Assembly (NCBI GenBank): GCA_019057375.1
Contig: DXJF01000125.1
Span: forward strand, 1 to 20,387
Length of the DNA stretch: 20,387 bases
DNA from: Candidatus Heimdallarchaeota archaeon
GTDB lineage: Archaea > Asgardarchaeota > Heimdallarchaeia > Heimdallarchaeales > Heimdallarchaeaceae
Direction: 5' to 3'
The position numbers were made by a program, and so were the translations under genes. Of the stretch, positions 17,521 to 20,387 are shown piece after piece. The notes under the pieces are model-generated. The model had not been told where the DNA came from. It did not search any database and saw only the letters and a list, made by a program, of their open reading frames with translations. Numbering within the stretch: the first letter of the stretch is position 1; each line of letters opens with the position of its first letter.

Positions 17521-19263
17521 ATGATAAGATGTGTAGACGTAATTAAAATTTACCACGATCCAGTAACAGAATACAAAGTTTCTGCATTAAGAGGACTAGA
17601 TTTAGATATAGGGGACGGAGAGCTTGTATCGATCATTGGTCCATCAGGAGCAGGTAAAACCACTTTAATGAACATTCTGTCAGGGGTCGATACTCCAACT
17701 GGTGGATTGGTGATGATAAGAGGGGTACAGCTGGATTTACTAACTGAAAAAGAAAGAAGAAAATTCAGATATGAAAACATAGGTCTTGTAAATCAATTTA
17801 CAAGCAAGAATCTCTACTCACAACTAACAGTTAGAGAAAATGTTCTAATGCCTATGAAAATGAAATATACTCCAAGAGAAATGGCTAGAAAGGAAATGGA
17901 AGAATTACTCAAACTATTCAACCTATCACATGTGAAAAACAACAAAGCAGCAAAAATAAGTGGAGGGGAGTCGATGAGACTTTCCATAGCCATAGCTTTG
18001 GCAAGACAACCACATTTTATTCTAGCAGATGAACCAACGGGCCAACTAGATTCGAAGAATACATTCAGCATTATTGACACCTTGAAAGGAGTTAACAAAG
18101 AGCTTGGAACTACCATGGTTATTGTCACTCATGATGTTAGATATCGAAATGTTTTCGAAAAGAGCTTCCTCATTCGTGATGGAAGACTTGTGGGAGTCGG
18201 TTATGAAACAGAAAGACAAAAACTAGACATTCTTAAAGATGCTTCTGAATTGAACCGAGCCTACATTGATCCTTCTCATATGCTTCAAATTCCGGATAGA
18301 GTTAAGAATTCAATTGCTCTTCGAGAATTTGCTGAATTTGGGGTTCATCCTTCAAAGAAACTAGCAATGCTTTGGAATCCTGATTTGGTAACTAAAGAAG
18401 AAGTTTTCAATATCCTTCAACAGCCTCCAGATGATTATAAAGAGACAGTAGATGAACTTTCATTTGACGATGTTCGATATCTTTTCGAAAATGAATTCAA
18501 ATACAATCCAAAAGCAAAGAACTATATTCGCATAAAAGGATTACATAAGGGTTATAGAGTTTTTGGGGAACTTTATCCAGTTATTAAAGGCATAGATCTT
18601 ACTATTAAGAAAGGAGATTTTCTTTTTATCTCTGGTCCATCTGGTGTAGGAAAAACCACCTTACTTAATACTATTGCAGGGCTTTTGATTCCTGACAAAG
18701 GATCAATTCGCATAGGAGACTATTCAATAGGAAAAGCAGATGATACATCCAGATCAGATTTCAGATTGGAGAATATTTCCTATATCACTCAATATCACAG
18801 TCTGTTTGAGCCAATACAACTGAAAGACAATCTTTTGGTTCCTTACATATTTCTTGGCAAGGAATACAACTCAGATATTGGAGCTGAAGTGACTAGAAAT
18901 GTTCATATCAGTCATAAATTAGAATCATATCCTGATGAATTATCAGCTGGTGAAAAACAGAGAGCAACTTTATCCTTAGCCCTTACTCGACAAACGCCCA
19001 TTCTACTTGCAGATGAACCCACAGCCAATATGGATTCTGATTTAGCAAGAGAAATTATGGATGTTTTAATGAATTTCGTATTAGAGAAAAAAGCTACTTT
19101 CATCATGTGTTCTCATGATTTATCTCTATTGAGACCAGGATTCAGACATCTTCGTATTTCTGATGGTCTTATTACAGAAGATTCGAGAATTACTCAAGAC
19201 TCTTTGAAAGGGATACTCAAAGAATATCTGCAAATAGAAGAAGATTATGCGAATAAGAAATAA
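17521..19263 (+). CDS. LolD/MacB-type ABC ATPase with two fused nucleotide-binding domains and a central AbrB-like segment
   Basis: NBD1: GPSGAGKT, ISGGE, ILADEPTGQLD, VTHD. NBD2: GPSGVGKT, LSAGE, LLADEPTANMD, CSHD. The likely start is ATG 17521 or GTG 17512 (overlapping the permease stop), not 17389. Confidence 0.92.
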   Translation: MIRCVDVIKIYHDPVTEYKVSALRGLDLDIGDGELVSIIGPSGAGKTTLMNILSGVDTPTGGLVMIRGVQLDLLTEKERRKFRYENIGLVNQFTSKNLYSQLTVRENVLMPMKMKYTPREMARKEMEELLKLFNLSHVKNNKAAKISGGESMRLSIAIALARQPHFILADEPTGQLDSKNTFSIIDTLKGVNKELGTTMVIVTHDVRYRNVFEKSFLIRDGRLVGVGYETERQKLDILKDASELNRAYIDPSHMLQIPDRVKNSIALREFAEFGVHPSKKLAMLWNPDLVTKEEVFNILQQPPDDYKETVDELSFDDVRYLFENEFKYNPKAKNYIRIKGLHKGYRVFGELYPVIKGIDLTIKKGDFLFISGPSGVGKTTLLNTIAGLLIPDKGSIRIGDYSIGKADDTSRSDFRLENISYITQYHSLFEPIQLKDNLLVPYIFLGKEYNSDIGAEVTRNVHISHKLESYPDELSAGEKQRATLSLALTRQTPILLADEPTANMDSDLAREIMDVLMNFVLEKKATFIMCSHDLSLLRPGFRHLRISDGLITEDSRITQDSLKGILKEYLQIEEDYANKK

Positions 19264-19282
19264 TCATCTCCTTCCTTTTTTT
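19264..19282 (+). terminator. Pyrimidine/T-rich tract ending the ABC operon
   Basis: TAA-TCATCTCCTTCCTTTTTTT. Confidence 0.55.
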
Positions 19283-19343
19283 AAAAATAATCGTATTTAG
19301 GAAAAGTTAAAATTACTTAGAAAGATTTTCTTTTGTAATCACT

Positions 19344-20387
19344 ATGAAACACTATCTCGAAGTACAATTTACATTAAGTGGACCCTTACCTTCTGAAAGT
19401 AAGGGTGAAATTGAAGATCTTTTCAAACAATTCAGTGAAAAAACTCAAGAATCAAGAGATAAGGGGGAATTCAAAATCACTGAATGGAAAACCAAGGATG
19501 CTAAACTTGATATAACAATTTCATCTATTGACTCACTGTCTCCACATGTTGCAGTGCTCAGATTAAGGAAACTGCTTTCTGCTGCAACAGGTAAAAAGTA
19601 CCGTGTAGGACTAAGAGGTTTTGCTTTTATCAAATACATCATTGAAACAGAATTGGAAGAAAAACCTGTTAAAGAGTTCACTTTACCATTAGTAAAAAAT
19701 CTAGAATTCTTTGAAGAAAAAGGAAAGAGTTTTGTTAGAATCGAAATTGATCCAGAAATTGAAGAAGATTTTGTAGAAAAAGGAGCTATTGAACGTATTG
19801 TACGTAGAGTAGGTGAAAAAATTTCCAAACAACATTATGGAGCTAAGAAAGAACATCATCAAATCTCTTGGTATAGTGGGGAAAAGAAACATCATACTGA
19901 AGAAAATCCTACTCAACTTATGCAAAACGCAAATTGGATTCAACGAACAAATTACAGAAACCAATGGATACTCTCTCCCACCATAACCACTTTAGCTGAA
20001 GCATTAAAACAAATAATGATAGATTATGTTTATGAGCCTTTAGGGTTCAATCAAATGATGATACCAAAACTGGTAGATTGGTCAGTTTGGTTGAGATCTG
20101 AACATGCTGAGGGCATTTATCAAGGGGGTTTTGAACCCTATTTTGTAGTTCAACCTAAATCCGCTGACCCCGAATACTTTGAAGAAATTGCTGATTACAT
20201 TACAATAACAAAAACCATACCAACAGAAAAACTAGCTGAGAAAGTATCAGCTCCTATTGGAGGTTTGTCTTATGCTCAATGCCCTCCATTCTGGTCTTGG
20301 TTACAAGGCAAAACTTTAGCCAAAGAGAGCCTTCCAATTAAGATTTATGACTGGAGTGGCCCCACTTATCGCTATGAATCAGGTAGT
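19344..20387 (+). CDS. serS: Methanogenic-type (type 2, Zn-dependent) seryl-tRNA synthetase, partial (runs off the window end)
   Basis: 348 uninterrupted codons from ATG 19344, absent from the ORF track: MKHYLEVQF...QHYGAKKEHHQISW...IPKLV-x-W-x-VW-x2-SEH...DPEYFEEIADY...PIGGLSYAQCPPFW...PIKIYDWSGPTYRYESGS. AQCPPF and the motif-2 RYE match the Methanosarcina barkeri-type SerRS. Confidence 0.93.
   Translation, partial: MKHYLEVQFTLSGPLPSESKGEIEDLFKQFSEKTQESRDKGEFKITEWKTKDAKLDITISSIDSLSPHVAVLRLRKLLSAATGKKYRVGLRGFAFIKYIIETELEEKPVKEFTLPLVKNLEFFEEKGKSFVRIEIDPEIEEDFVEKGAIERIVRRVGEKISKQHYGAKKEHHQISWYSGEKKHHTEENPTQLMQNANWIQRTNYRNQWILSPTITTLAEALKQIMIDYVYEPLGFNQMMIPKLVDWSVWLRSEHAEGIYQGGFEPYFVVQPKSADPEYFEEIADYITITKTIPTEKLAEKVSAPIGGLSYAQCPPFWSWLQGKTLAKESLPIKIYDWSGPTYRYESGS

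Noticed and set aside
15946-19106. ORFs 15946-16194, 16198-16443, 17017-17346, 17550-17780, 17814-18128 and 18912-19106
   Set aside because: Alternative-frame or antisense shadows within the ABC permease and ATPase.
19445-19964. Minus strand ORFs 19445-19828 and 19701-19964
   Set aside because: Antisense shadows of the unlisted SerRS gene on the + strand.
1-20387. Mobile elements, CRISPR arrays, tRNA/rRNA and defence genes
   Set aside because: No transposase, integrase, nuclease, regularly spaced repeat or RNA-gene signature was recognised.

Overview
AT-rich, gene-dense archaeal chromosomal window. TATA-like boxes lie about 22-33 nt upstream of most start codons and pyrimidine/T-rich tracts follow several stops. 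The host lineage is an inference: the gene mix suggests a non-methanogen, possibly an Asgard/Heimdallarchaeia-like archaeon. Gene order: SpoIIAA-like (STAS/SEC14) protein, GtrA flippase-like protein, membrane zinc-ribbon protein, 588-aa helical protein, two tandem tungsten-type aldehyde:ferredoxin oxidoreductases (AOR), small MoeB-C-terminus-like protein, membrane metal-dependent hydrolase, HEAT-repeat protein, D-2-hydroxyacid dehydrogenase, TVP38/DedA protein, a 1451-aa MacB/FtsX permease with its double-ATPase partner, and a methanogenic-type (type 2) seryl-tRNA synthetase. The SerRS runs off the right edge and is missing from the supplied ORF track. The second AOR sits between two apparently 5'-truncated gene relics (a PAS/HisKA-like sensor tail and a peptide-binding-protein tail) and has a perfect 15-bp palindrome directly before its ATG. 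I saw no CRISPR array, tRNA/rRNA, transposase, integrase or defence system. The best candidates for undescribed biology are the AOR locus and the fused MacB-type transporter with an extra secreted N-terminal domain.
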